64,000 nucleotides of DNA from Candidatus Bathyarchaeota archaeon (GTDB lineage Archaea > Thermoproteota > Bathyarchaeia > TCS64), in assembly GCA_963769425.1 (NCBI GenBank), contig CAVYLP010000001.1:128001-192000 (forward strand). The letters run 5' to 3'. Within the stretch, counting starts at the first letter, position 1; each line of letters begins with the position of its first letter. The notes below the pieces were generated by a model, which worked only from the letters and a program-made list of their open reading frames with translations, was not told the origin of the DNA and ran no database searches. Made by a program: the position numbers and the translations under genes. Below, piece after piece: positions 29,563 to 38,687 of the stretch.

Positions 29563-30697
29563 TTAAGCCTTCCCGACGTTGTGCCTCTCGTAGAGTTTCT
29601 TCAACTTCGCGTCGAGCTCTTTGGCACGTTCCTCGTGTTCGGCTGGCTTGATCTCGGGGCAGTCGTATCCGACAACCTCGCGCATCAAGCTTAACATTCT
29701 CGTCCACAAAGACGACGGTGCCGTCGGGCTTTACCCTCTCGATGCCGTCGATCTTTGCCCCGTCCTCGTTGAGCTTCACCGCCTCCTTGAGGCTGATACC
29801 GGAGAGGGTCACTTTGGCGCCAGAAGCGTCAAGGATGCAGGGGTAGCCGCCGGGCAACCCGTTAGGGGCGGGTAGACACTGGATGATCTCGCCTGTGTTG
29901 TAGTAGATGGCGAGGGTGATCTTGAGGAAGCTACTCGCCGTCTTCATCTGGTCGACTAGCGGGCCGGGGAAGCTGGGCATGTTAGCGTACCCATATTTGT
30001 CGTAGAGTTTCGCGACGGTTTTGACTGGGTACTCTTTGCTCACGTCGTCGCCGGCGGCTATGATCTTGTACCAGCTGGGGCCATCCATCTTCGCTGTGTA
30101 GAACGTGCCGTGGTGCCCTACCGCGAGGACCTGAACATCCCTCACCGGGACTTTCCTCTCAGTCGCAACGATCTTCCTGAGCCTGCTCGCGCCGAGGTCC
30201 ATGTTACCGCCACCACAGACCGGGGGCAGGTTCAGCTTACCCAGAATCACGTTCGTGAGGTCCGGGTAGGCGCCGTTCACCACCTTCGTCTCGATGCCGC
30301 TCTTCTTCACCGCCTGCATGAGCTTATGGGTGAGTGTGAAGTGAAAGGGTATCCATGGACCGATTGGGCTGATCTTCTTATAGACCTCGCTAGGTAGCAG
30401 GCGGGTGACCCACCACGCGCCTAGGCTCGCGAGGCTGCAGACGACGCTGGGCTGCTCCTCCTTGAGCAGCTCCGCCGTCTCGTCGATGTCGAATAGGTTG
30501 ATCTTGCGGAAGCTGAGGTCGGGGTAGAGGCCGAAGTTATGGGCGACGTGTAGACACTCGTCCACCTCGTATTTCCCTTTAGCCTCGTTGTAGTCTGCGC
30601 CGACGACGCTGATCTTATCGGTCATGCTCGCTATCTGGTACATCATGTCGTGGGCCACGCTACCCGCGGAGCCGATGAGGAGAATCTTACCCATCAT
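29563..30697 (-). CDS. Lactate/malate dehydrogenase-fold oxidoreductase of unknown specificity; +1 frameshift near 29687
   Basis: KILLIGSAGSV Rossmann start, VVNGAYPD, VGHH; corrected end LMREVVGYDC...NVGKA*. Confidence 0.65.
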
Positions 30698-30818
30698 TTG
30701 AGGTCAGGGTAACTGTTGTCTGTTTGTGTATAAACGATTTAGGGGAGCCTCCGGCTTTGACCGCAAGAAACAGACGAACCCGTTTTAAGCTGCGGCCTTC
30801 AGGGTGGATCGACGCTGA

Positions 30819-31472
30819 ATGGAAAGGATTTACGCGCCGGGCTGCGCCCTCACGATATACAAGCCACACCTAGCCGAGAAGATGCACGAGTTACTCAGCG
30901 AGAACCTAGGCGAGATGGAGAGGCTCGACACCTGTTGCAGGAACCACCCCGCGCTCCGGGACGGCGTGCAAGTGATAAACACCTGCCCCGGCTGCGACAG
31001 GCGATACAGGAGCAACTACACAGCCTCGACGACAAAGTCGGTCTGGGAGGTAATTGCGGAGGGCGATTGGTTCCACTTCCCCGACTACCACGGCGCGAAA
31101 ATGAGCATACACGACGCCTGCCCGACCCGTGATCAGGTCAGGGTACACAAGGCAATGAGGACACTGCTCAAGAAGATGAACATCGAAGTTGTCGAGCCGG
31201 TGAAGACAGGAACCAACGCCACTTGCTGTGGGGACAGCCTCTACCCCGCACTCCCCGTGGACCAGGTCAACGAGGCCATGAGAAAACGCGCCGCGGAGAT
31301 GCCCGTCGAGGACGTCGTCGTCTACTGTGTCTCCTGTGTCAAATCCATGTTCATAGGCGGTAAGAAACCCCGCTACATGGTGGACCTCCTCTTCGGCGAG
31401 GAGACGCTGCCCCAGACCACAGAAACCGTCGAGTGGCACAGGCAGATCGACGAGTACACGCTGAATCACTAA
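30819..31472 (+). CDS. Cysteine-rich (CCG-domain) Fe-S protein
   Basis: APGC, TCC, CPGC, HDAC, TCCG, YCVSC. Confidence 0.8.
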   Translation: MERIYAPGCALTIYKPHLAEKMHELLSENLGEMERLDTCCRNHPALRDGVQVINTCPGCDRRYRSNYTASTTKSVWEVIAEGDWFHFPDYHGAKMSIHDACPTRDQVRVHKAMRTLLKKMNIEVVEPVKTGTNATCCGDSLYPALPVDQVNEAMRKRAAEMPVEDVVVYCVSCVKSMFIGGKKPRYMVDLLFGEETLPQTTETVEWHRQIDEYTLNH

Positions 31473-31513
31473 GAATATCACCGGGCTCGACGATCATTCG
31501 CGGGGTGGCGTGC

Positions 31514-32140
31514 GTGCACATCGAAGTGCTTGATGAGGGATTACTCCGAAAAGCTGTCGGGGTTTTAGCCGACCGCGACCCCGACCTCGCCGCCATCGTG
31601 CGCCGCCATGGTGCCCCACCCATGTGGTCGAGGCCACCTGGCTACCCGACCCTCATCCGCATTATCTTGGAGCAGCAGGTCTCCCTATCCTCGGCGCGTG
31701 CCGCGTACGAACGGCTAGAAGACGCCCTCGGCGAGATCACGCCCTCTAACTTCCTCAGGCTGAATGACGCTGAGCTGAAAGCCGTAGGCTTCAGCCGCCA
31801 GAAGACGCGCTACGGTCGCATGCTCGCGGAGGAGATACTCGACGGCTCCTTCGACATCGATACCCTGGAGAACCTCCCCGACGAGGAGGTGCGCGCCCGG
31901 CTCATCGAGTTGAAGGGCATCGGGCGGTGGAGCGCCGATATTTACCTCCTCATGGCGCTGAGACGTCCCGACATCTGGCCCCACGGGGACCTCGCCCTAG
32001 TCAGCGCGGTGACGAGGATAAAGGGTCTGGATAAGCCTCAGACACACGAGGACTGGGACGCGATAGGTGAGGCATGGCGCCCTTGGAGGAGCGTCGCCGC
32101 CCGCCTCGCTTGGTTCGACTACCTCGACGGGAATCCCTGA
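31514..32140 (+). CDS. DNA-3-methyladenine glycosylase II (AlkA/HhH-GPD family)
   Basis: IILEQQVS, GFSRQK, LKGIGRWSA, DIWP.GD, WRPWRS. Confidence 0.88.
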   Translation: MHIEVLDEGLLRKAVGVLADRDPDLAAIVRRHGAPPMWSRPPGYPTLIRIILEQQVSLSSARAAYERLEDALGEITPSNFLRLNDAELKAVGFSRQKTRYGRMLAEEILDGSFDIDTLENLPDEEVRARLIELKGIGRWSADIYLLMALRRPDIWPHGDLALVSAVTRIKGLDKPQTHEDWDAIGEAWRPWRSVAARLAWFDYLDGNP

Positions 32141-32644
32141 TCACTTCATCCGTTCATTCTGGTAGACCCCGCTGTATCCCTTCTCCACCTCGTCTGTGGA
32201 GTAGAAGATGAGCTGCGCGACGCGTGCGTCCTGCTTCAACCTTATGCCGTGTGGGTTGTGGACGACGAGTAGGCTGCTGCTCCTACCTTGATACCCGGGG
32301 TCCCACACCGCCGTCTCTATGGCGGCTGCGTTGCGGAGGACTGTGCTCCTGCTCCGCGCAAGGGCGACAACGTTCAGCGGCATCTTCACAGCCTCGTTGT
32401 AGACTATCATATAGCAGCCTTCAGGGAGGGTGTACCACCCGTCCGCCCCGGGCCTCAACTGCCTCGTCGGTGCTAGTTTCCTCTCCTTGTTATCGAAGTC
32501 GACGGCACCAGCGCCCCAGTAGGCGTGGACCTCCTTTAGGCTGAGGTCGAAGCCTGCGGGCTGGAGCTGCTTCTCGAGGTCGACGTAACCCGTTATGAGC
32601 TGCTCTGTCTCGATCAGTTGCTTGAGTGCCTTGGAGTTAAGCAT
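32141..32644 (-). CDS. dut: Archaeal dUTPase / dCTP deaminase family
   Basis: QPAGFDL, RSTVLR, VWDPGYQG, VAQL, YSGVYQ. Confidence 0.8.
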   Translation of the reverse strand: MLNSKALKQLIETEQLITGYVDLEKQLQPAGFDLSLKEVHAYWGAGAVDFDNKERKLAPTRQLRPGADGWYTLPEGCYMIVYNEAVKMPLNVVALARSRSTVLRNAAAIETAVWDPGYQGRSSSLLVVHNPHGIRLKQDARVAQLIFYSTDEVEKGYSGVYQNERMK

Positions 32645-32783
32645 CGCCTATCAGTTCTGCATACTGTTGCCCTGAAAATAAAAAGGTGACCGGGTGAACC
32701 TTTTTTTCAAATGCCCCAGCGATAGTAATGGAAGTACTCGCATATGGATCATCTTGTACTCTGAGAGTAGAAAAATCAAACAT

Positions 32784-33035
32784 TTAGATAATCACCTACT
32801 CGCAATCCTTACCGACCTCCTACCGGCCAAGCTCCAAGGCACCACCTTCAGCTTGAATATGACCGGTTCCAGGCTTGGCTTCATCCTCGGACCCATCATT
32901 ACGAGGCTACTATATCTTGCCCCTGGGTCGTCGATTCCATTCATCGGCGCTGCGGTGATCTATGCCCTCGCCTTCCCAGTCACGTACCTCTTGAATGACG
33001 GGGCTGAAAGGAATACCCAAGAGCATGATTCGTGA
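32784..33035 (+). pseudogene. C-terminal fragment of an MFS transporter
   Basis: AILTDLLP..LQGTTFSL....RLGFILGPII resembles the last MFS helices; no N-terminal part. Confidence 0.55.
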
Positions 33036-33079
33036 TAAATCGCAGGAATTACTTACTCGTGCCAAACGGAGAAGAGATA

Positions 33080-34330
33080 TTAGCTTTCAATCGAAGTCTG
33101 TGGACTTTTCTGATTCATCCATCTCCAAATAAAAACCATCGAGTACGCGAATGCAATTGTATTCGCGATGGCAACTCCGAGTATAATTGGGTCTGTCCAC
33201 GTTATTAGAATGCCTTCGTTCAGGGTCATCATCGCATATACCAAGTTGATTAGCAGTGTCACCGTGATCACCCCGTAGATTGTCCAAACCCTCTTCACGT
33301 ATGGAATCATCAGGGCCAAGAAGCTTAGCGAGGGGAAACTGTACCGCTCGTGAATTCTTGTCGGGAGCATGAAGAATCCGAAGAGGAGTATGAACGCCGC
33401 GAAGAAGACGAGCATCTCCCCCCTTGACTTCAGCCGCTCATCAACAGAGTCTAGGGCGAGGAAGGTCACGACGACGAACATCATCCACCCGATCAGGTAG
33501 GGATTGATGAAAAGGTAGCCTTGGGTGTCAGGCCTCCACATGCCGAAGAGGGCCCAGAGGTTGAAAGCGTTCACGGATGTGTAGGGGTATTTGCCGAAGC
33601 CGAGCAGGTATATGTTGGTCAAGAACGTGATGGGGTTGTCCCACTGGAAGGGCAAGATCATGAGCAGGGTGATGGCAGCGATTATCAGGGTGGATGCGAG
33701 CATCCTACGTAACCCGAACTTCTTGTAGACGAGCAGGGCCATGAGTGGAGCGAGGGCGACGGCCTGGGGCTTTGTAAGGACCGCGAGTGTAAACGTTGAG
33801 ACCGACAGTGTGAACTTCCCCGAGAGAACCAGCACGAAGGATAGCAGGAGGAAGAACGTGTAGATGGAGTCGAACTGGCCCCAGACTGAGGAGTTGAAGA
33901 GGACGGCGGGGTTGAAGGCGTAGGCCGCTGCCGCCAAAAGGGACACCCTTAAACTTGAACGAGACCTCACGAATGAGAATATCAGGTAAACCGTCGCCAT
34001 ATCGAACAACGTCGGAATCAGTTTCACGACATAGGTGATCAGATTCGTCCCGAACAAGGAGAGGCTCTTCGCCGCGCTCCCGAACAGCCAGAAGAGGTAG
34101 ACGTTGAGGGGCGGATAATCACAGTTTGTAACCGAATAGAATGTCTTAAAGCCATAGTCAGCGGCGGCCCTTAACCAGGAAATGTAGAGAGTCAGGTCTC
34201 CCCGAAAGCCTTGCATGGGGAAGAGAAACAGTCTGACCGCGAGGGCACCTAGTATCAGCGCGGCGAGTGGGGTGAACTCCGCCCTCCTGGAAGTTGGGTT
34301 AATCCTGGGGTCCTCCTTCACCACACTCAC
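33080..34330 (-). CDS. GT-C fold membrane glycosyltransferase (ALG6/PMT-like)
   Basis: DYPP, AFNPAVLFNSSVWGQFDSI, TKPQ, IHERY; many TM helices. Confidence 0.82.
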   Translation of the reverse strand: MSVVKEDPRINPTSRRAEFTPLAALILGALAVRLFLFPMQGFRGDLTLYISWLRAAADYGFKTFYSVTNCDYPPLNVYLFWLFGSAAKSLSLFGTNLITYVVKLIPTLFDMATVYLIFSFVRSRSSLRVSLLAAAAYAFNPAVLFNSSVWGQFDSIYTFFLLLSFVLVLSGKFTLSVSTFTLAVLTKPQAVALAPLMALLVYKKFGLRRMLASTLIIAAITLLMILPFQWDNPITFLTNIYLLGFGKYPYTSVNAFNLWALFGMWRPDTQGYLFINPYLIGWMMFVVVTFLALDSVDERLKSRGEMLVFFAAFILLFGFFMLPTRIHERYSFPSLSFLALMIPYVKRVWTIYGVITVTLLINLVYAMMTLNEGILITWTDPIILGVAIANTIAFAYSMVFIWRWMNQKSPQTSIES

Positions 34331-34436
34331 GCCGCAAGCATGAAATATCTTTCCCTAGCAGCTAAAAAATGGGTAATCTACGGGATTCGTCTCCTCTGAT
34401 TTATATCCAAAGTTGAGTCTTATCATGGATCACGGT

Positions 34437-35426
34437 ATGCGCTTCATAGTCTACGGTGCTGGTGCAATAGGCGGCACCATAGGGGGCCACCTCTTCAGGA
34501 CCGGACACGAAGTCGTCCTGGTGGGGAACGGCAGGCACGTGGATCAGATCAACGCCAAAGGTCTCAAGCTGTTAACACCCGACGAGACCTATGTTCTGCG
34601 AGTCCCCGCCTGCAAGAGGGCGGAAGAGCTCGCCCCATTCCAGAACGACGACGTAGTCATACTGGCGGCGAAGTCCCAACACACAGCTCTCTGCCTCGGT
34701 CAGCTCAAGAACGCGGGCGCAGAGAGGAGCCTCCCAATCTTCTGCGCCCAGAACTCAATAACCAACGAACCCGCCGCTACACGCGTCTTCGACAACGTCT
34801 ACGGCGCGATGATCAATCTGCCCGCCATCTTCCTAAACCCAGGCGAAGTGATCAACCCCATCACGGGCAACGCAGGCTTCATCGAGGTGGGACGCTACCC
34901 CCGAGGGGCCGATGAACTTACGAAGAATGTCGCTTCCGCTCTGAATGTAGCGGGGTTCGCTTGCAGTGTGAATGAGTGGGTGATGCGGGCGAAGGCGGCG
35001 AAGTGCATCCTCAACCTCGGCAATTCCCTCGAGGCGATAACGGACGGCAGGGGTGACGGGGAAGAGTTCATACAGTTCGCGAGGAGTGAGGCGGAGAAGG
35101 TCTGGAGGCTCGCGGGCATCGAGTGGGAGGACTTCGAGTTGTACGAGCGACGCGTCAAAGCTATAAGGGGAACGAACAAGATGCCGAAAGGCTACGAAGG
35201 ACAAAACAAGCGCAGTTCCACTTGGCAGAGCCTCACCAAAGGAACAGGGAACATCGAGGCTGAGGCATTAAACGGTGATATAGTTAAGTTGGGCCGATCC
35301 CTCGGGGTCGAGACGCCCTACAACGAGACCCTGTGGAAGGTCGCTGAGAACATGGCCGCCAAGGGCGAGAAACCAGGGAGATACAATGCCGAGGAACTGA
35401 CACAGATGGTAGATACCCGCAGCTGA
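34437..35426 (+). CDS. Ketopantoate reductase (PanE/ApbA) family
   Basis: IVYGAGAIG, AKS, AQNSI, SSTWQ, EAEALNG, TPYN. Confidence 0.85.
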   Translation: MRFIVYGAGAIGGTIGGHLFRTGHEVVLVGNGRHVDQINAKGLKLLTPDETYVLRVPACKRAEELAPFQNDDVVILAAKSQHTALCLGQLKNAGAERSLPIFCAQNSITNEPAATRVFDNVYGAMINLPAIFLNPGEVINPITGNAGFIEVGRYPRGADELTKNVASALNVAGFACSVNEWVMRAKAAKCILNLGNSLEAITDGRGDGEEFIQFARSEAEKVWRLAGIEWEDFELYERRVKAIRGTNKMPKGYEGQNKRSSTWQSLTKGTGNIEAEALNGDIVKLGRSLGVETPYNETLWKVAENMAAKGEKPGRYNAEELTQMVDTRS

Positions 35427-35497
35427 AAATTGAAGTCATTGGATTTTATACTAGGCCAGGAGCGATTCGACCTTAATGGGTTTAGGTCCAATAATTA

Positions 35498-35602
35498 TTG
35501 AGTGACCACTGTTTTGGCCATTTGGCTAGGTTTGGGTTTGACCGTTTATTCGCGTTGTGATGCGAGTGTTGCGTTAATGGGGTGTTTTGTCGAGTTTGAC
35601 GT
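35498..35602. repeat. Copy 2 of argH-start repeat; encodes MAKTVVTQ* on the minus strand
   Basis: Imperfect direct repeat of 27921-28016. Confidence 0.85.
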
Positions 35603-35669
35603 TTGTCTTATACATTGAGTCATAGACCCTCATACGGAGGGGGGAGTGGGTTACTAGTAACAAATAACA

Positions 35670-35994
35670 TGATGTTTCTTCTAGCAACCGACAACCGTTT
35701 ATTTGCAGACATATTTGTCCTCGACGAACTCCTATATATATCAAAAAAGAGATATGGCATATCATACGACATAACTAAGGAATTCATCGACGACGTTATC
35801 CTACCAGTAACAGAGATTTCTTCCTTAGACTTGAAAGATTACAAAACCGTTATAGAGGTGATGAAAGAGACTAAGATGAACCCATCGGATGCAATACACG
35901 TCGCATCGATGAGACGAAACGATATTAAACACATAGCTTCAGAGAATATGGGTTCGACAAGGTCAAAACAATAAAACGGATCTGGCTACCATAA
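35670..35994 (+). pseudogene. PIN-domain (VapC-like) toxin remnant
   Basis: VLDELLY, PSDAIHVASM, then shifted frame FDKVKTIKRIW; N-terminal DxN motif missing. Confidence 0.65.
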
Positions 35995-36692
35995 TCTCTC
36001 TTCTCTTTTCGACCATGTGGTAGTCATGTGTGGTGAAGGTATTTAGAGCTCCTTGGCAGGTAATATAATTGACATTTCATCGAACTTAATTATAATTAAA
36101 TTCGATTTATGGTCAATAATATAGGATTAAAGGCCGCTTATCGACCGAATGATGTGCCAGTTTACGGTTATTACCCTATGATTACGGGCGTATCGTCGCA
36201 GTCGTCTGAGAGCTCTGATTTCCTATGCTTTGGTTATATAATCACGGCGGGTTGGTGCGGATTTTCCCAGTGGGTTTAAAGTCGAGAGTAAGGTGGGTGG
36301 TGAATGTGTTACGGTTTAAAATGGACCTGAAACAGGGTTCTCAACACGTTGAAAACCCCTAAAAAGGTAAGCCGTATTAACCTTGTACATTTGAATGTAC
36401 GGTCGATATTATTGTTCTAACCCGATCTATCGATTTATTATCTATCAACTTTTCTTTCTGTTTGCCTCAGTATGCCTATGATTTTTAGCGTTGTCTTATC
36501 TTGAAGATGTTAGCGGTTACCAGCAGAATGTAAACTCTGCTTAGACGGTGTTTCACGCTCGTTGAGGGTAGATACAGATATACCCGGGAAAAATTCGCTG
36601 AGAGGTATTTTAGCTCAATCCAGTTCGAGTTTACTTGGGGCTAAATCCATGTACATTTTTTCCCCATAATGTACGTTTTATTAACTATTTAT

Positions 36693-37265
36693 TTATGAGA
36701 CGGAGAGTGATGCATAGCCACCCTGATAATCATGTGAAATTACAATATGGAAGTTAATATCGGCCTCTCCAGTGTTGGGATCCACGGATATTTGGAAGAA
36801 TAGTGTTTTGCTGGTATTGGTGGCAACAGAAAGTGGGTACTGATATGTTATTTCCTTTATAATTTTCTTTGAATTCCCAACTAAATGTATCCCAGGAGTT
36901 GAAAGATCTGTAGTGACGAACATCCACATGCTATCTGGAGAAGGTGTCGATTCTAACATCGTATAAGTGACTACAACAGTTTTGGTAGCAGATTTCTGAC
37001 CAGCTTCAACGGTTCCAAAATCTATGCCAAGTGGGTCCACTACCCATAATTCAGTACTCTTACCCTGACCCAGCGATGAAGGCGAAGCTGGAGGAACCGT
37101 GATGTGAACATCGACAACTGCGTTGTATCTGTCGTGAAGAGCTTGGATTGCATTTGAACTATACACATTATAACCGTATCCAGTAATTACTACGAGTACG
37201 ACTCCCACTAAAATTATCATAACCGGTAGAATACGTTCTCTCATCGTTTCATCAGCCTTCTCCAT
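36693..37265 (-). CDS. Hypothetical membrane-anchored protein (Ig-like beta body)
   Basis: N-terminal TM helix; IDFGTV motif; AT-richer coding. Confidence 0.6.
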   Translation of the reverse strand: MEKADETMRERILPVMIILVGVVLVVITGYGYNVYSSNAIQALHDRYNAVVDVHITVPPASPSSLGQGKSTELWVVDPLGIDFGTVEAGQKSATKTVVVTYTMLESTPSPDSMWMFVTTDLSTPGIHLVGNSKKIIKEITYQYPLSVATNTSKTLFFQISVDPNTGEADINFHIVISHDYQGGYASLSVS

Positions 37266-37326
37266 TCTTCATCGAATTCTTCTTTCGAGACATCCTTCTT
37301 GAAAATCATCATCTCACAACGCCCAA

Positions 37327-37445
37327 GTAAACATGTATTAGTTTACATATTTAACGTTAACGTATATTAGTTTACATTGTAAAATATGACTTAAGATATT
37401 TAACCGGATGAGAACTCTTAAAAAGGTAAACTGACACAGGTTAAC
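37327..37445. promoter_or_regulatory. Three operator-like palindromes GT(A/T)AAC-N8-GTT(T/A)AC
   Basis: 37327-37346 GTAAAC-ATGTATTA-GTTTAC; 37356-37375 GTTAAC-GTATATTA-GTTTAC; 37426-37445 GTAAAC-TGACACAG-GTTAAC. Confidence 0.7.
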
Positions 37446-37453
37446 TTGGGACT

Positions 37454-37927
37454 ATGAGCTTCTCGACGGCGTACCTTACTATAAGGGAAATAGGCATCTG
37501 GGACCTTAGAAGACAACATAAGACGCAGGCAGAGATAGGTAGACTCCTAGGTTTCACGCGACAGGCATCGAATAGAGCATTTGATGTCATTGACACCAAG
37601 ATTGATAAGGCTTTCAATGAAGCAGCGGTCTCCAATAGCCTCATGGTGAGGAGCATTAATCTCATCGACGGCATAATGGAAGCTTATAGTCCCATACATA
37701 AGATGCAAGTTTTAGTGAGCATGTCCCGAATAAACGGTCTCAGGATCTGGTACATGCATGAAGGACACTGCGACTCTTGCTCCGAGGAGAAGAGCTGCAG
37801 GAAATTTCTCGAGGCTGAGGCGTCTGAGAGGGGTGTTGAGTTAACAAAGGAGGATTGGGGGTTGCCGCCGACTCTACTTGTGTTAAAAGTCTTCTCAAAG
37901 TACTTAGGAGGTTCGAAGGTTGTTTGA
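37454..37927 (+). CDS. Putative HTH regulator with C-terminal His/Cys cluster
   Basis: TQAEIGRLLGFTRQAS HTH; HEGHCDSC.....C. Confidence 0.7.
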   Translation: MSFSTAYLTIREIGIWDLRRQHKTQAEIGRLLGFTRQASNRAFDVIDTKIDKAFNEAAVSNSLMVRSINLIDGIMEAYSPIHKMQVLVSMSRINGLRIWYMHEGHCDSCSEEKSCRKFLEAEASERGVELTKEDWGLPPTLLVLKVFSKYLGGSKVV

Positions 37928-38687
37928 GAAGTTGATTTGTTTTATCTGGGACGCTTGCCCGTTCCCGCCGGGGCTTGAGCCGCCTCGGAAAGAGGGCCTA
38001 TTTTCAACTATAGTAAATGGTAGGTCAACTAATTCTCTGATATATTATGAAAAATGGTATATTGTCTTTTCTTTGTTAGTGTTCTTTATCACTGTGCATG
38101 TTTTACTCTATAATTCTCCGCTCATACTTTTGCTTTGGATGTTTTCACCTCATTTCCTATTTGGAAGTTACCTTAGCCTGACGTCGAGAGTGCAAAAACC
38201 GAAGTATGTTATGAGCAATGTTGTACTACGTGCAATTTGAAACTAGTGGAATAACTTCTTTTACTAAGCTCAATTGTCGGTTGCACTATTTGCTAGTAGT
38301 ACAAAAGGAGGTTTGCAGACGTTTATAACAGTTGATGTATATAACAATTTTTAAATCTAAACCTATTAATATTATTCTAATTTTAAAATGGATTATTTTT
38401 TAAATAAACATGAATGATAGGTTTTATAACTTAGATAATGAGTGTCAACTTTAGTTTCTTAAAGTCGTATTCAATAGAATTTAGTTATTGTGCACACTTC
38501 AAGGGTAACCCTTTTTAGCATTTATATTAATGGTGAGCAGAAAGATGGGTTGACCGACATAGATACTTCTAGAAAATTGAGAAAATTGCCAAACTCTATA
38601 AGTGCCAATTTATTGTTTACAGGTGTTCTAAAAAGTGGTTTTAATACCGATGAGGGTTCGATCAGCCATTAACACGGATGACGTATC

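Noticed and set aside
30819-31472. CCG protein as the missing HdrB partner
   Set aside because: It is short, unlinked to hdrA (over 14 kb away) and resembles generic stand-alone CCG proteins; no evidence of partnership.
37920-38672. ORFs 37920-38240 and 38490-38672
   Set aside because: AT-rich with no motifs; cannot be supported as genes, although part may be a decayed membrane-protein gene.
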